Shown here one piece after another: positions 28,234 to 37,582 of a stretch of DNA of 64,000 nucleotides (the first letter of the stretch is position 1; each line of letters begins with the position of its first letter). The position numbers were made by a program, and so were the translations under genes. The notes under the pieces are model-generated. The model was not told where the DNA came from. It did no database searches and saw only the letters and a list, made by a program, of their open reading frames with translations. The stretch spans positions 5,248,001 to 5,312,000 of the forward strand of contig OZ220733.1 in the NCBI GenBank assembly GCA_965116875.1, read 5' to 3'. The stretch comes from Candidatus Latescibacterota bacterium. Its GTDB lineage: Bacteria; Latescibacterota; UBA2968; GCA-2709665.

Positions 28234-28875
28234 CTAACCGTACATGGAGAGGTCGTCCCAGTCCTCCCGCATCCGAGGTCGTGCCAGCGTTTTGTCGGGG
28301 CGCCAGTTCTCCCACCCCTCCGTATACACCCCGCCGGGACCCTCTATTTCGTCAACGGCGCGTCTTCCTTCGTTCAACGCAGCCCTGCCCGCTCCCGGCG
28401 TCATCCGACCCTGGCTGACCGCGAGATCGAGTTCATCCCGGTCCTTCCACACCCAGCTTCGTTCCGGATCCACAATGATGTCCAATTGGTGATCTCTGAA
28501 GTCAAAGCCGAGCCGTGTGCGAGTCAACCTGCTCTGAAGATTGACGTACCAGCCCTGAAATACGCCATCGACAGACCACCGCACCCACGTTGCGCGGAAT
28601 TCGCCCGGACGGACGATGATCAGAAGCTCCGCCCACTGCCAGACCGAATCCACAAGCGTCCAGGGCCGGTTCACCCAGTCGCGCGGTTTGTCGGGAGCGT
28701 CTACCGAAAACTCGGGCTTCTTCGTCGGCGTCCCCAACGGAAGCCATAGCACAATCCTGGCGTTGGAATCCTCGACGACGGTGACGGGCTTCACGTCGAT
28801 GATCCGGCCGTTCTCGTCACGCTCCCGATAAAGGATCGCATCCCCCCATCGGAATCTGGATCCTACCAGCTCCAT
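28234..28875 (-). CDS. DUF402 family protein
   Basis: PVTVVED, GWYVNL, D..LDI.V.P, W.WKD.DEL. Confidence 0.85.
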   Translation of the reverse strand: MELVGSRFRWGDAILYRERDENGRIIDVKPVTVVEDSNARIVLWLPLGTPTKKPEFSVDAPDKPRDWVNRPWTLVDSVWQWAELLIIVRPGEFRATWVRWSVDGVFQGWYVNLQSRLTRTRLGFDFRDHQLDIIVDPERSWVWKDRDELDLAVSQGRMTPGAGRAALNEGRRAVDEIEGPGGVYTEGWENWRPDKTLARPRMREDWDDLSMYG

Positions 28876-28919
28876 TGATCGGAAACCTCCTGAGTAGAAA
28901 GACACGAGAGTGTGACGCG

Positions 28920-29390
28920 TCAATCGGAATATGCCGCGGCGCCGTTGGCAAGGTCACCCGATTCCAGATTTCCGTTATCGACGAACCATTGCGTGTTGGC
29001 GTACAGCGCCATGACCGACTTGTGGCTGAGAAAACCCTCTCGCCGGTAAAAGTCCTGCTGTCCATGGACGCACGCAAGGATCACTTTGGGAACGGCCAGT
29101 TTGCGGAGGATCGATCTCAAGATCGCCCTGCCGACACCCTGCCGTTGATGTTCCGGCGCAACCACGAGTTCGCAGACGGTCGCAGGCGCCTCGTCGTCCG
29201 AAATCGTCCGTCCACCCCCTACCAGCGCTTCTCCGCTGAAGGCGAAACAGCAGACGTCACTATTTGCGTACGCGTGACGAAGTTTACCGGGATCCAGCTT
29301 GCCAAGTGGAGCCCGCGTGTAGACTTCCGCCAGGTCCTTCCAATTGACGCCTCTTGCATCCTCCTGATAGACAATCTCATACGTCGACAT
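28920..29390 (-). CDS. GNAT N-acetyltransferase
   Basis: VAPEHQRQGVG motif A, FY...GF. Confidence 0.9.
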   Translation of the reverse strand: MSTYEIVYQEDARGVNWKDLAEVYTRAPLGKLDPGKLRHAYANSDVCCFAFSGEALVGGGRTISDDEAPATVCELVVAPEHQRQGVGRAILRSILRKLAVPKVILACVHGQQDFYRREGFLSHKSVMALYANTQWFVDNGNLESGDLANGAAAYSD

Positions 29391-29508
29391 GTTCCCCCCA
29401 GATGGTTGTGGCGTTTCTCAGTTGAAACGTATGGATTTTTCGTCTGTCGGAACCCTGTTCTCAAACCCCGGTCCAATGGACCATTGGGCTGTGCCGCTGC
29501 AATGCGTG

Positions 29509-30102
29509 TCAGGCGCAGCCACTTACATCGAGGTCAGCACCGCAACGGGTTTCACGCTTCAAAACATCCAGGAACCGTGTAACCTCGGCTCGCGACCGCA
29601 AAATCACAACGTCCTTGTCATTCCTGACCCGTTCCAGGTCATCGAGTATCCCCGGCAGATGCGTCCTGTTGTAGTTCCAGACCCATTCCAGGAATTCCCG
29701 GTCGGGCAACTGCTCCCGGCAGCCGGGATTCAAATCCGGTCTGCTGCGTCCCAGATGAGTGAACGATCTTTTCACGATGCGATACAGACAGGTGAATCGA
29801 GACAGCGCAAGGAGGACCACCGTGTCGCTTGCATCAATCCGCTCTCTCATCGTACTGCCGTAGTTTCCATCCAGTATCCACGTCTCGCGCTCGAGGAGTT
29901 CCCCGTGTTCGCACCGCCAGACGTCCCGGGGCGGCTTTTCCCAGTTCGGCCTCCAATGAACGGCGTCGAGGTGTACGACCGGCAGATCCAGCAGGGTTCC
30001 GAGCTTGACCGCCAGCGTCGACTTTCCCGATCCCCCGCAACCGATGATGCAGACCCTTCGCATATCCGATTTGGCGCTTTCCGTTGTGATTTCCGACCCC
30101 AT
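29509..30102 (-). CDS. Adenylate-kinase-like / FlaR topology modulation protein
   Basis: IIGCGGSGKSTLA, HLD..HW, WILDGNY, GCRE. Alternative start at 30063. Confidence 0.85.
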   Translation of the reverse strand: MGSEITTESAKSDMRRVCIIGCGGSGKSTLAVKLGTLLDLPVVHLDAVHWRPNWEKPPRDVWRCEHGELLERETWILDGNYGSTMRERIDASDTVVLLALSRFTCLYRIVKRSFTHLGRSRPDLNPGCREQLPDREFLEWVWNYNRTHLPGILDDLERVRNDKDVVILRSRAEVTRFLDVLKRETRCGADLDVSGCA

Positions 30103-30371
30103 GTTTTCCTGGTCCATCTCCCGCCGGATACGGGATTCCCTCCTCCAGATCCTGGAATCCGGCTCGTTTCAGCGACGTGGATGTCTTCGACCTGTTCGAA
30201 GTCGAAGCATTTGCATACACTCTCTGTCTGACAATTCACTCAATTGGGTCCCCCTTTCAGCTCTCATTCCCGCACCTGGAATGAGTGACATATATGGTTG
30301 TTAAACAATACTCTCGGGGGAGAAGGTCAGATATCGTGACTTGCTTGTTCTGTTTCAATTGCGCGGATTCT

Positions 30372-31160
30372 TCACGCCAGGCCCGTACGACGTGTTATTC
30401 GTTGTTCGATTTCGTCAACTGACTCGCCGATCACCTCCTGGATGTGGCGGTCGAGATGATCGTCGTCAAAATGCGATCTCAGGAATATCTGCCTCAAGTT
30501 CTGCATTCCGTAGTTGTCCAACAGGAAAGCGACAAGTTCCGCGCCAACGCTATACATCGGATTGCCGGCCGCCCGCGTCGACCAGAAGGAATCGTTCCGG
30601 CAGAGTCTTCGCAAAAAACCGGGTGCCGTCGCAGCGGCATACTTCTGCCAGGACGATTTAATTCTCGCTCTACCCACCGCCGCATCGGTGGACAGGACGC
30701 ATTCAAAATAGGTTGCGATACCTTCATTCAGCAGCGAAGGCGCCTCCCCGACATTGACCGACCACACATAGTGGATCATTTCGTGGGTCACGTGATCGAG
30801 AACCTGCGGATCATTCCACGCCATGTTCAAAGTGACCAGATGCACCCCAACAGAACTGGCGGTACCGTAGAACATATGCGGCGTATCCTTCTTCACGAGT
30901 CCGGACGTTTTGAGTACTTCGGGCGAGTAGATCCAGACGTTGACCCGTGCCCTGCGTTCTCTTTCCTTGATGGATTCTGCTGCCGCGTTCAATGCTGATC
31001 GTATTCGACCATAGAGATGATCGGAGTGTCCAATGAGCCATTTCAAATCTTCAGTATTCGGGTCCGGCAGTGCAGCGTCGATCAAAAACACGGATTCTTC
31101 GGTCTCCTCGACCCGCCAACGGTACGCATTACGGTAGGCGCGCAAGTCGATTTTTTCCAT
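30372..31160 (-). CDS. Putative gluzincin-like metallopeptidase
   Basis: HEMIH followed by NEGIATY. Confidence 0.65.
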   Translation of the reverse strand: MEKIDLRAYRNAYRWRVEETEESVFLIDAALPDPNTEDLKWLIGHSDHLYGRIRSALNAAAESIKERERRARVNVWIYSPEVLKTSGLVKKDTPHMFYGTASSVGVHLVTLNMAWNDPQVLDHVTHEMIHYVWSVNVGEAPSLLNEGIATYFECVLSTDAAVGRARIKSSWQKYAAATAPGFLRRLCRNDSFWSTRAAGNPMYSVGAELVAFLLDNYGMQNLRQIFLRSHFDDDHLDRHIQEVIGESVDEIEQRITRRTGLA

Positions 31161-31245
31161 ATCGCTTCCTCTCAGGTATTGTGCACCTGCAAATGTCGCG
31201 CTGGCAGAAGGCCGCACCTAGCATTAATCGATCAGACGCCGCCCG

Positions 31246-32106
31246 TCACTTCCAGTCCAGTTCCGCAACGACCGGATAGTGGTCGCTGGGGTAAAGCGGA
31301 CCCCGGTGGCTTCGGACGATCTCGGACTTCTCCACGTCGACCTGCGGTCCCTCGCCTCGAAACAGGACCCAGTCCAGACGCCAGGACAGGTGATGGAGGC
31401 GCAGGTCGTACGCTGTTCCCTCATAACCGTGATAGGTATTCGACGCCATTCCGTCGCGAAGGCCGGCGCACAGGAACGCATCCTCGAAGCCCTCAGCGAG
31501 CAGGATTCGGTGTACCGCGTCCGTGATGGTGCCACCGGCTGCCGTCGCATCCTCCACCTCCGGGGTCCACGGATTGCAGTTGAAGTCGCCGGTCAGGAGT
31601 TGAAGTTCTCCGTCACTCGCGGCATTGGACATCCACCGGTCCAACAGAGATGCGCCTCCGATCCTGGCCGGTTCGCTGATGTGATCCAGGTGGACATTGA
31701 CGTGAAGAAAATCGGTGCCCTTCGCGAGGTCGTGAAAACGGACCCACGTCGCGGTCCGGACGCAGGCTGACTCCCAGGACCTCGAGTACTTCTCCGGCGT
31801 ATCGCTGATCCAGAATCCGCCCCTTGAGCGTGGCTGAAGCCGCTCTCGCCGCCAGTAGACAGGGTTGAATAGATGCGGCGGATCGTTCGCGTGCGGGCCC
31901 TGGAAGCTGTCGTACGCCACAAGGACCTCGCCAAACGTGGCGAAATTCGGCCACTGCGTTTCCTGGAAGCCGATGAGGTCCGGGGACGTATCATCGACCA
32001 CCTCGCAGACCAGTGCAGAGCGCCCGGAACCGATCCATGCGTTTCCCGGCTCATGTTCGTCGTACCCGCCGGCAAGGTTGAAGCTCATCACGCGAAGTCC
32101 GGACAT
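31246..32106 (-). CDS. Endonuclease/exonuclease/phosphatase family protein
   Basis: MSFN, GFQE, NVHLDH, GDFN, LDWV, SDHYPV. Confidence 0.9.
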   Translation of the reverse strand: MSGLRVMSFNLAGGYDEHEPGNAWIGSGRSALVCEVVDDTSPDLIGFQETQWPNFATFGEVLVAYDSFQGPHANDPPHLFNPVYWRRERLQPRSRGGFWISDTPEKYSRSWESACVRTATWVRFHDLAKGTDFLHVNVHLDHISEPARIGGASLLDRWMSNAASDGELQLLTGDFNCNPWTPEVEDATAAGGTITDAVHRILLAEGFEDAFLCAGLRDGMASNTYHGYEGTAYDLRLHHLSWRLDWVLFRGEGPQVDVEKSEIVRSHRGPLYPSDHYPVVAELDWK

Positions 32107-32167
32107 ATTTGAGTCCTGTCCTGCAAGTTTCGTACCGATATCTGACGTGGTAATTGGAAACCTCAGT

Positions 32168-32473
32168 CTACCCGCCGCGGATGTGCGGACGCACTTCCCG
32201 GTCCAGCCGTTCCGCAAGCGTCTCCTCGGCGACTTCCAGTTCAAAGTTCGTCTGAATGTTCATCCAGAATCGGGGGGAGGTGTAGAAATACCGGGCGAGT
32301 CTCAACGCCGTATCCGCCGTGATGCCGCGTTTGCCGAGGACGATCTCGTTGATGCGGCGGGGCGGTACCCCGATGGACAGCGCCAACTGGTTCTGGCTGA
32401 GATCCATCGGATCGAGAAACTGTTCCTGCAATATTCTCCCGGGATGAACGGGAACCGTTTCTCCAGCAGACAT
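32168..32473 (-). CDS. higA: HigA family antitoxin (XRE HTH), no intact toxin beside it
   Basis: PVHPGRIL.E.FL, RINEIV.GKRGITADTALRL..F, FWMN.Q; AGGAG RBS. Confidence 0.9.
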   Translation of the reverse strand: MSAGETVPVHPGRILQEQFLDPMDLSQNQLALSIGVPPRRINEIVLGKRGITADTALRLARYFYTSPRFWMNIQTNFELEVAEETLAERLDREVRPHIRGG

Positions 32474-32551
32474 GGATGATTCTCCTGCGTGACGTAGCGT
32501 CACAGGCGGCGCCGGAACCCCCGATTTTCGAAGGATCGCACAATACGATAT

Positions 32552-32705
32552 TTTATAACGTTTTCCGTTAAATGACAAGTACTAAATTTGATTCGTTAAA
32601 TAAAATACGTTAAATGTATTACATTAAACGAATTTCATTTAATGGTTTATCTTAAATGTAACTCGTTTAACTATATACGTTAAGCGGTACACGTTATATC
32701 GAATT
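32552..32705. promoter_or_regulatory. AT-rich tandem array of 11 x 14-bp units (CRTTWAAYG-N5), putative operator array
   Basis: Units start every 14 bp from 32552 to 32692. Junctions form TAACG-N5-CGTTA-type palindromes (exact at 32556-32570). The regulatory role is inferred. Confidence 0.7.
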
Positions 32706-32728
32706 CAGGCGCAATGCAAGGCGATGAT

Positions 32729-32883
32729 CAGACCTCTCTCCCCGGCCCTCTCTCCTACCAGGAGAGAGGGAGAAGAGGCACGCGTCGCGTGCCGGTCATT
32801 GATAGACACTCTGATTGATAGGAAATCGCCACCCGGCACATTTGTATGCCCAGGACATCAACCCATCGCCGTTCCCCCTTCCT
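32729..32883 (+). repeat. 155-bp direct repeat, copy 1 (REP-hairpin containing)
   Basis: 8 mismatches against 33759-33913 by manual alignment. Confidence 0.92.
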
Positions 32884-32931
32884 TCTGCTCGCCTTTTTCC
32901 TTCTTCCTTTTTCCTTCTTCCTTCTTCCCTC

Positions 32932-33624
32932 TCATGGCCCTTTGGTCAGCCGCAGCATGTTTGTATCGCCCCGACGGAACTCGAACGCTACTGGCACCAC
33001 CTCGACGTCCGCGCGATCCCGCATCTTCTGAATCGTGCGATCCAGATGCCTCGATGTTTTGCCCGCCATGTCCAACAACGGAAATACCCGGACCTCGCGA
33101 CCCACCCGGAGCATTTCCCGCAGGTGCGATATGTGAGTCTCGCTGTCGAACTCCGCGGAGTACAGAAACAGCAGGTGGGAACAGAGGACAAGATCGAAGG
33201 TTTTTGACCGAAAGGGCAGATCGGGCAGTCTTCCCGATACGTAGCGGCCGCTCGCGGCAGCCGAGCGGAAGTCGCGCAGGAAGGTTGTGAGGACGTCGCG
33301 GCGCAGCCTGACGACCGATTCGGGACTTCCATAGTGGTCCCAGCGAAACCGTGCGTACGCCTCTCGCGCACCCCTGAGCATTCGCGCGGACGTGGATTGG
33401 AAATCCACCTCGATTTTGTGGCCGGAAAACCTGTATACGGGATCGACGGCGATGACGAATCGCCCCTTCCCGCCCCATTCGGCCGCGAACGACGACGGCC
33501 CACCTCCGCAGTCCAGGACCCGCGCGGACGACGGGACGTCCGACAATGCGAAGAACGCCTCGTATTCGGCCGCGCTCCGCCCCCAGGCGGGAACGGCTCC
33601 CCCGAAATCAAATTCGCTGGACAT
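32932..33624 (-). CDS. SAM-dependent methyltransferase
   Basis: WGRS..EY..FF, LDCGGGPSSF, LP.LPF...FDLVLCSHLLFLY, EVRVFPL. Confidence 0.85.
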   Translation of the reverse strand: MSSEFDFGGAVPAWGRSAAEYEAFFALSDVPSSARVLDCGGGPSSFAAEWGGKGRFVIAVDPVYRFSGHKIEVDFQSTSARMLRGAREAYARFRWDHYGSPESVVRLRRDVLTTFLRDFRSAAASGRYVSGRLPDLPFRSKTFDLVLCSHLLFLYSAEFDSETHISHLREMLRVGREVRVFPLLDMAGKTSRHLDRTIQKMRDRADVEVVPVAFEFRRGDTNMLRLTKGP

Positions 33625-33758
33625 AGACGTGCAGATCCGGACCGGAAATCATTGGGACGACAGTCAACTCATACGAAGACTCGAAAAAAACGATCAGCTA
33701 TCAGCCGTCAGCCATCAGCTAAAGGCAAGATCAAAGGCTACCCCTCCACCCAGCCCCG

Positions 33759-33934
33759 CAGACCTCTCTCCCCGGCCCTCTCTCCCACCGGGAGAGAGGG
33801 AGGAGAGGCAAACGTCGCGGGCCGGTCATTGATAGACACTCGGATTGATAGGAAATCGCCACCCGGCACATTTGTATGCCCAGGACATCAACCCGTCGCC
33901 GTTCCCCCTTCCTCTCAGGAAGGGGGTTAGGGGG
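33759..33934 (+). repeat. 155-bp direct repeat, copy 2, with an extra CCCCCTTCC/GGAAGGGGG hairpin
   Basis: Matches 32729-32883 and continues ctcaggaagggggttaggggg. Confidence 0.92.
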
Positions 33935-33941
33935 AAGGTCT

Positions 33942-33998
33942 CAGAATCGGTCAGACGTAAGCCGGTAGACGGGAGAGGTTTCCTGCCGCTGGTGGGTT
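33942..33998 (-). repeat. Partial copy D of the MITE-like element
   Basis: cagaatcggtcagacgtaagccggtagacgggaga versus cagaatcggtcagacgaaagccggtagactggaga at 35062. Confidence 0.75.
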
Positions 33999-34045
33999 TA
34001 GGGGCACCTGAAATATCGATTTGGACACTGTCCGCAGTTTACTGT

Positions 34046-35050
34046 CTAGCGTAACCACATCCACCCGGACCTCGTTGCCGGATGGGCGATTTCCTCTCTC
34101 AAATTCAGGTTCTTCACTTCCGGATCCACAACACAGTTGCGTATTTCCCGCGCAAATTGAAACAATCTGTTGTCCGGGTACGACTTACTTCTGTTCGCAG
34201 ATGGGGCGGCGGGAGAAAATCCGAGATTCTCGAGTTCATCCATGTAGACCGTCTCGATACGTTCCACCAACTCTCGCCTGTCACCCAACCTTTCGAATCC
34301 CTCCCTGAGAACGGTGCAAACCTTGTCCGGCGTACCTCCAAGCCTATTGAATTCCGCCCAAAGCCACTTGTGATAGGGCGCATATCGTCGATTTATCAGA
34401 AAGCCAACCTTCATCGCGTACTCCGCGAATCTGGTCCAATAGTTGAACGCGCTTACGGCGTCTCCCCGGGCCTCGGCCCTGAAGAGATGCTTTCGAACCC
34501 ACTCCCAGCACCAGGATAGACAGGCCGCCATTCGATGCCTCCATACATCATCCGGATACCTGGAAAACGCATTAAGGCGTGCGCTGACAATGCCCGGTTC
34601 ATCGTGATAAAGCCGGTTTGGAGTCAGTTCGAAGAGGTACGGTTCAGGTATGCGCAACCAGTCCTTCGGTGATCGTGGCGGCTTCCGGAATCCAACGGTC
34701 GCTTCCGTATAGTCGCCAAGTTCGAAGACACGACAGGTCTTTTCAGGTTCATTCTCCCACCGAAATCCATTATACTCCTGAGGTAGTGTATCCAGGATTT
34801 CCTGCAAAGGACCACCGTAACTGCCGAAATCGTCTTTGGCCAACCATACGGTGAATCCCGGACCCCAGCCGTGGTCGCGAGATACTTCGTCGTCGTTCTT
34901 GTGTGCCTGCGAGCCCAAGCTCACGCCGACGGCCAGTCTCCGCACACACTCTGGCAGTCCCCGCTCGATTTCGGGAAGCCCGACCCTGCGAAAGAACCTC
35001 TCCGACAGTTCGAATCCATTCACAGATCCTCCACGATCATTCGGAGTCAT
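34046..35050 (-). CDS. DUF4037 domain protein
   Basis: GFELSERFF, LAVG, GS....DDEVSRDHGWGP, YP.DVW, RYAPYHKW. Confidence 0.8.
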   Translation of the reverse strand: MTPNDRGGSVNGFELSERFFRRVGLPEIERGLPECVRRLAVGVSLGSQAHKNDDEVSRDHGWGPGFTVWLAKDDFGSYGGPLQEILDTLPQEYNGFRWENEPEKTCRVFELGDYTEATVGFRKPPRSPKDWLRIPEPYLFELTPNRLYHDEPGIVSARLNAFSRYPDDVWRHRMAACLSWCWEWVRKHLFRAEARGDAVSAFNYWTRFAEYAMKVGFLINRRYAPYHKWLWAEFNRLGGTPDKVCTVLREGFERLGDRRELVERIETVYMDELENLGFSPAAPSANRSKSYPDNRLFQFAREIRNCVVDPEVKNLNLREEIAHPATRSGWMWLR

Positions 35051-35061
35051 CAGCTGTTGGC

Positions 35062-35197
35062 CAGAATCGGTCAGACGAAAGCCGGTAGACTGGAGACATT
35101 ACCTGCCTCGTGAGGTTTCTTCTTCTGCCGGCGGCAAAGAGGAATTACATACCACGCAAGGATTTCTTCTCCCGTCTTCCCTCTACCGTCTCCCCGC
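35062..35197 (-). repeat. Copy C of the MITE-like element
   Basis: Reverse complement gcggggagacggtagagggaagacgggagaagaaatccttgc... aligns with 27855 onward. Confidence 0.8.
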
Positions 35198-35250
35198 CTT
35201 TCTTCCTTCATCCTTCATCCTTCTTCCTTTTTCCTTCCTCTTTTTCCCTT

Positions 35251-36246
35251 CTACCCTCTCACCGCCTCATTCCGACCTCTCTCCCCGGCCGCTTTGATGA
35301 CAGCCTCGATAAACCTGGCTTTACCGGCCTGGTAAGACTGCCGGTCCATTGGATATCGGCGGGACAGGTCCCGTTTCAATCTCACGTAGTCGTCCGCAAG
35401 GCCCTGGTTCGATCTCAAACAGTCCCTGAACAGGATGATTTCTTTCCAATCCGCGCTCGTTTTTTCGAACATGTGAATATGGTGGGAGCGCGGGACTCCC
35501 TTCCGGAAAAAGTGTCTTCGCGGGATGCTGTTCTCTCCCCTGTACTCGTACCCGATTCCGTCCAGGGGTTCTATGCAGATCCTGGCTTCGTCAAAGTCCC
35601 GGACGGCGACCGCAATGTCCAGTACGGGCTTCGCGGCCACGCCGGGGATTGACGTGCTGCCGACGTGCTGGATATCCTCGACGTAGTCCCCGATCGTTTC
35701 TTCGATATTCTCCTTCTCCAATTTGAACAGGGTGTTCCATTCTTCCCGATAAGGCGCCACGGAAACCTCTCCTCGATTCAGACCGAGCAGGGGGCCACGG
35801 CTGAACAGTTCCGGGATACGGTCACGCGTCAAAAACGTCCGCAGTTCCGGATCCACCCTCATTATGGAATCGTGGGAAATCCATGAATAAGCGAATACGA
35901 CGCCCTCTTCCGGACCCACCGTTCCGATATGCTCCCACTCGTCCGGCAAGTCAGAACCGGCGCTGAACAGGTAGTCCGTCCGTTCCACGTCCGACTGGAT
36001 GTAGGGTTTGAAGTATCGGGTCGTCCCGATTTTCCGGATGAAACGCAGATTTTCGATTCCCGACTCTTCAAAGGTTTCCCGATGCGCGGCCTGAAGCGGC
36101 GTTTCATTGCCTTCGAGGTTCCCGCCCGGAAGTCGATAGTATTCGTAACCGACGGATTTGAGTTCAAGAACCAGCAATTTGCATCGCTCATCCGCCCCAT
36201 ATCTTATGATGAACGCAAATGCTTTATGGACGAGAGGCTTCGTCAT
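35251..36246 (-). CDS. NUDIX hydrolase fused to a GrpB (UPF0157) nucleotidyltransferase-fold domain
   Basis: PGG.LEGNETPLQAAHRETFEESG Nudix box; HVGSTSIPG..AKP.LDI, HIH, FRD.L, Y...K. Confidence 0.85.
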   Translation of the reverse strand: MTKPLVHKAFAFIIRYGADERCKLLVLELKSVGYEYYRLPGGNLEGNETPLQAAHRETFEESGIENLRFIRKIGTTRYFKPYIQSDVERTDYLFSAGSDLPDEWEHIGTVGPEEGVVFAYSWISHDSIMRVDPELRTFLTRDRIPELFSRGPLLGLNRGEVSVAPYREEWNTLFKLEKENIEETIGDYVEDIQHVGSTSIPGVAAKPVLDIAVAVRDFDEARICIEPLDGIGYEYRGENSIPRRHFFRKGVPRSHHIHMFEKTSADWKEIILFRDCLRSNQGLADDYVRLKRDLSRRYPMDRQSYQAGKARFIEAVIKAAGERGRNEAVRG

Positions 36247-36310
36247 CGGATCAGAGTTCCGGGTTTGTTTACGGAAGGCGCGATGCTCTCCAGCTCCACT
36301 GCCGATACGA

Positions 36311-36799
36311 CTAAACTCCCAGAGTGGCGCGGACGGCAGCCAACGTCTCGGCGGGTGTCTGACTGCTGTTGTCGATTACCGTTCCGATACCGGGATCGAT
36401 ATGGGGCATTCGATATTGATCCCTGATGCGGGCCCGTTCGCGATCAGTCAGTTGTCGCTGACCCCGGTCGGATATGGCCACGTCAAGGGCCGGCCGCAGC
36501 GTAAACGCGTGTATGGAAACGCCGGCGTCCGCCGCTTCCCGTTCGAAGACCGCGTAGTCGCAATGTGAAATCGGCCACGTAACCACCACGTTGAACCCGC
36601 GCGACAGCCAGCGCCTCGCCAGCGTCGCCGCATCCTCCACGCAATAAGGGCACGCTTCCGCCAGACTCAGACAATCGGCGAAGTGCCGCAGTTCGTCGAC
36701 TTCGACGTGAACGGTTTCGCCCAAATCTTCCGTCAGAAGACTGCCTATGGTCGATTTGCCGGAATTGATCGAACCGTTGATATAGATCAGGATTGGCAT
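36311..36799 (-). CDS. P-loop kinase (AAA_33/nucleoside kinase-like)
   Basis: INGSINSGKST Walker A, IDNS. Confidence 0.8.
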   Translation of the reverse strand: MPILIYINGSINSGKSTIGSLLTEDLGETVHVEVDELRHFADCLSLAEACPYCVEDAATLARRWLSRGFNVVVTWPISHCDYAVFEREAADAGVSIHAFTLRPALDVAISDRGQRQLTDRERARIRDQYRMPHIDPGIGTVIDNSSQTPAETLAAVRATLGV

Positions 36800-36811
36800 C
36801 GGGCGCGACCC

Positions 36812-37579
36812 TCAGTCAATAAGGCCCCAGAGGCGCTGCCGCGCCCCGGACCAGTCCTGCCAGTCCGGGTGGACGTGTTTGATGGCCGCCAGATCGCGCT
36901 TGCGGCCGCCGGCGGGGAAGTAGTTCCAGCCCATCGCGCGGCGCGGCCCCGCGGCCGTCTTGAGGCCCGTGGCGTGCCAGCAGGAAGGGGTCCAGACCAG
37001 CGTCCATCGAGGGTCGAGGACGACCTCGACTTCGTGGGGGTGGCGGGCATAGAACATCGAGGGCATGTCGTCGTGGGTACCGGTGGCCAGTTCGAGTTGC
37101 AGAAGTTCGGCGCTGACGTCCTCCGGAGGCCGGTGCTGGCTGCCGGGCAGCACCCGGAGCGGCCCGTTGCTGGCGTCGTGACGGTCGAGGGCGGTGCGGA
37201 ACGACACCTGCCTCACCTCCGGGCTGCCGTCCGCGTGCCAGGGGACCTGGCGCCTGCCGGCCCTTTCCGCTTTCGAGGCGTCGCCGATACCGCATGCGCC
37301 CACATGTACCTGTTCGACGCCCAGAATCCGCCGCGCCGCATCCACCAACTCCCGCCGTTCCACCATTTGCAGTACGGGTTCACCGAGCATCAGAAACTGG
37401 CATGCGAGGCGGTTGCATCCCGATGGGAACTCCGTGCGCTCCCATTCCGGTTCCACTTCCTGCTGACGATTGTCGACTTTGCGGACGCCTTCCGCCCCCA
37501 GCGGATTCGGGATGAGGAAAAATCCGTTTCGCTCGAAGTGCGCCAACTGGTCGTCGGTGATCTCAAGGTGACTCTCCAT
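36812..37579 (-). CDS. Phytanoyl-CoA dioxygenase family protein
   Basis: F.RNGF, WHADG, NGPLRVLPGSQ, WHAT. Confidence 0.85.
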   Translation of the reverse strand: MESHLEITDDQLAHFERNGFFLIPNPLGAEGVRKVDNRQQEVEPEWERTEFPSGCNRLACQFLMLGEPVLQMVERRELVDAARRILGVEQVHVGACGIGDASKAERAGRRQVPWHADGSPEVRQVSFRTALDRHDASNGPLRVLPGSQHRPPEDVSAELLQLELATGTHDDMPSMFYARHPHEVEVVLDPRWTLVWTPSCWHATGLKTAAGPRRAMGWNYFPAGGRKRDLAAIKHVHPDWQDWSGARQRLWGLID

Positions 37580-37582
37580 CGT

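Noticed and set aside
32552-32705. CRISPR array or replication origin
   Set aside because: The 14-bp units with 5-nt variable parts are far too short for CRISPR, and there are no cas genes. I saw no DnaA boxes or rep gene. Kept as an operator-like array.
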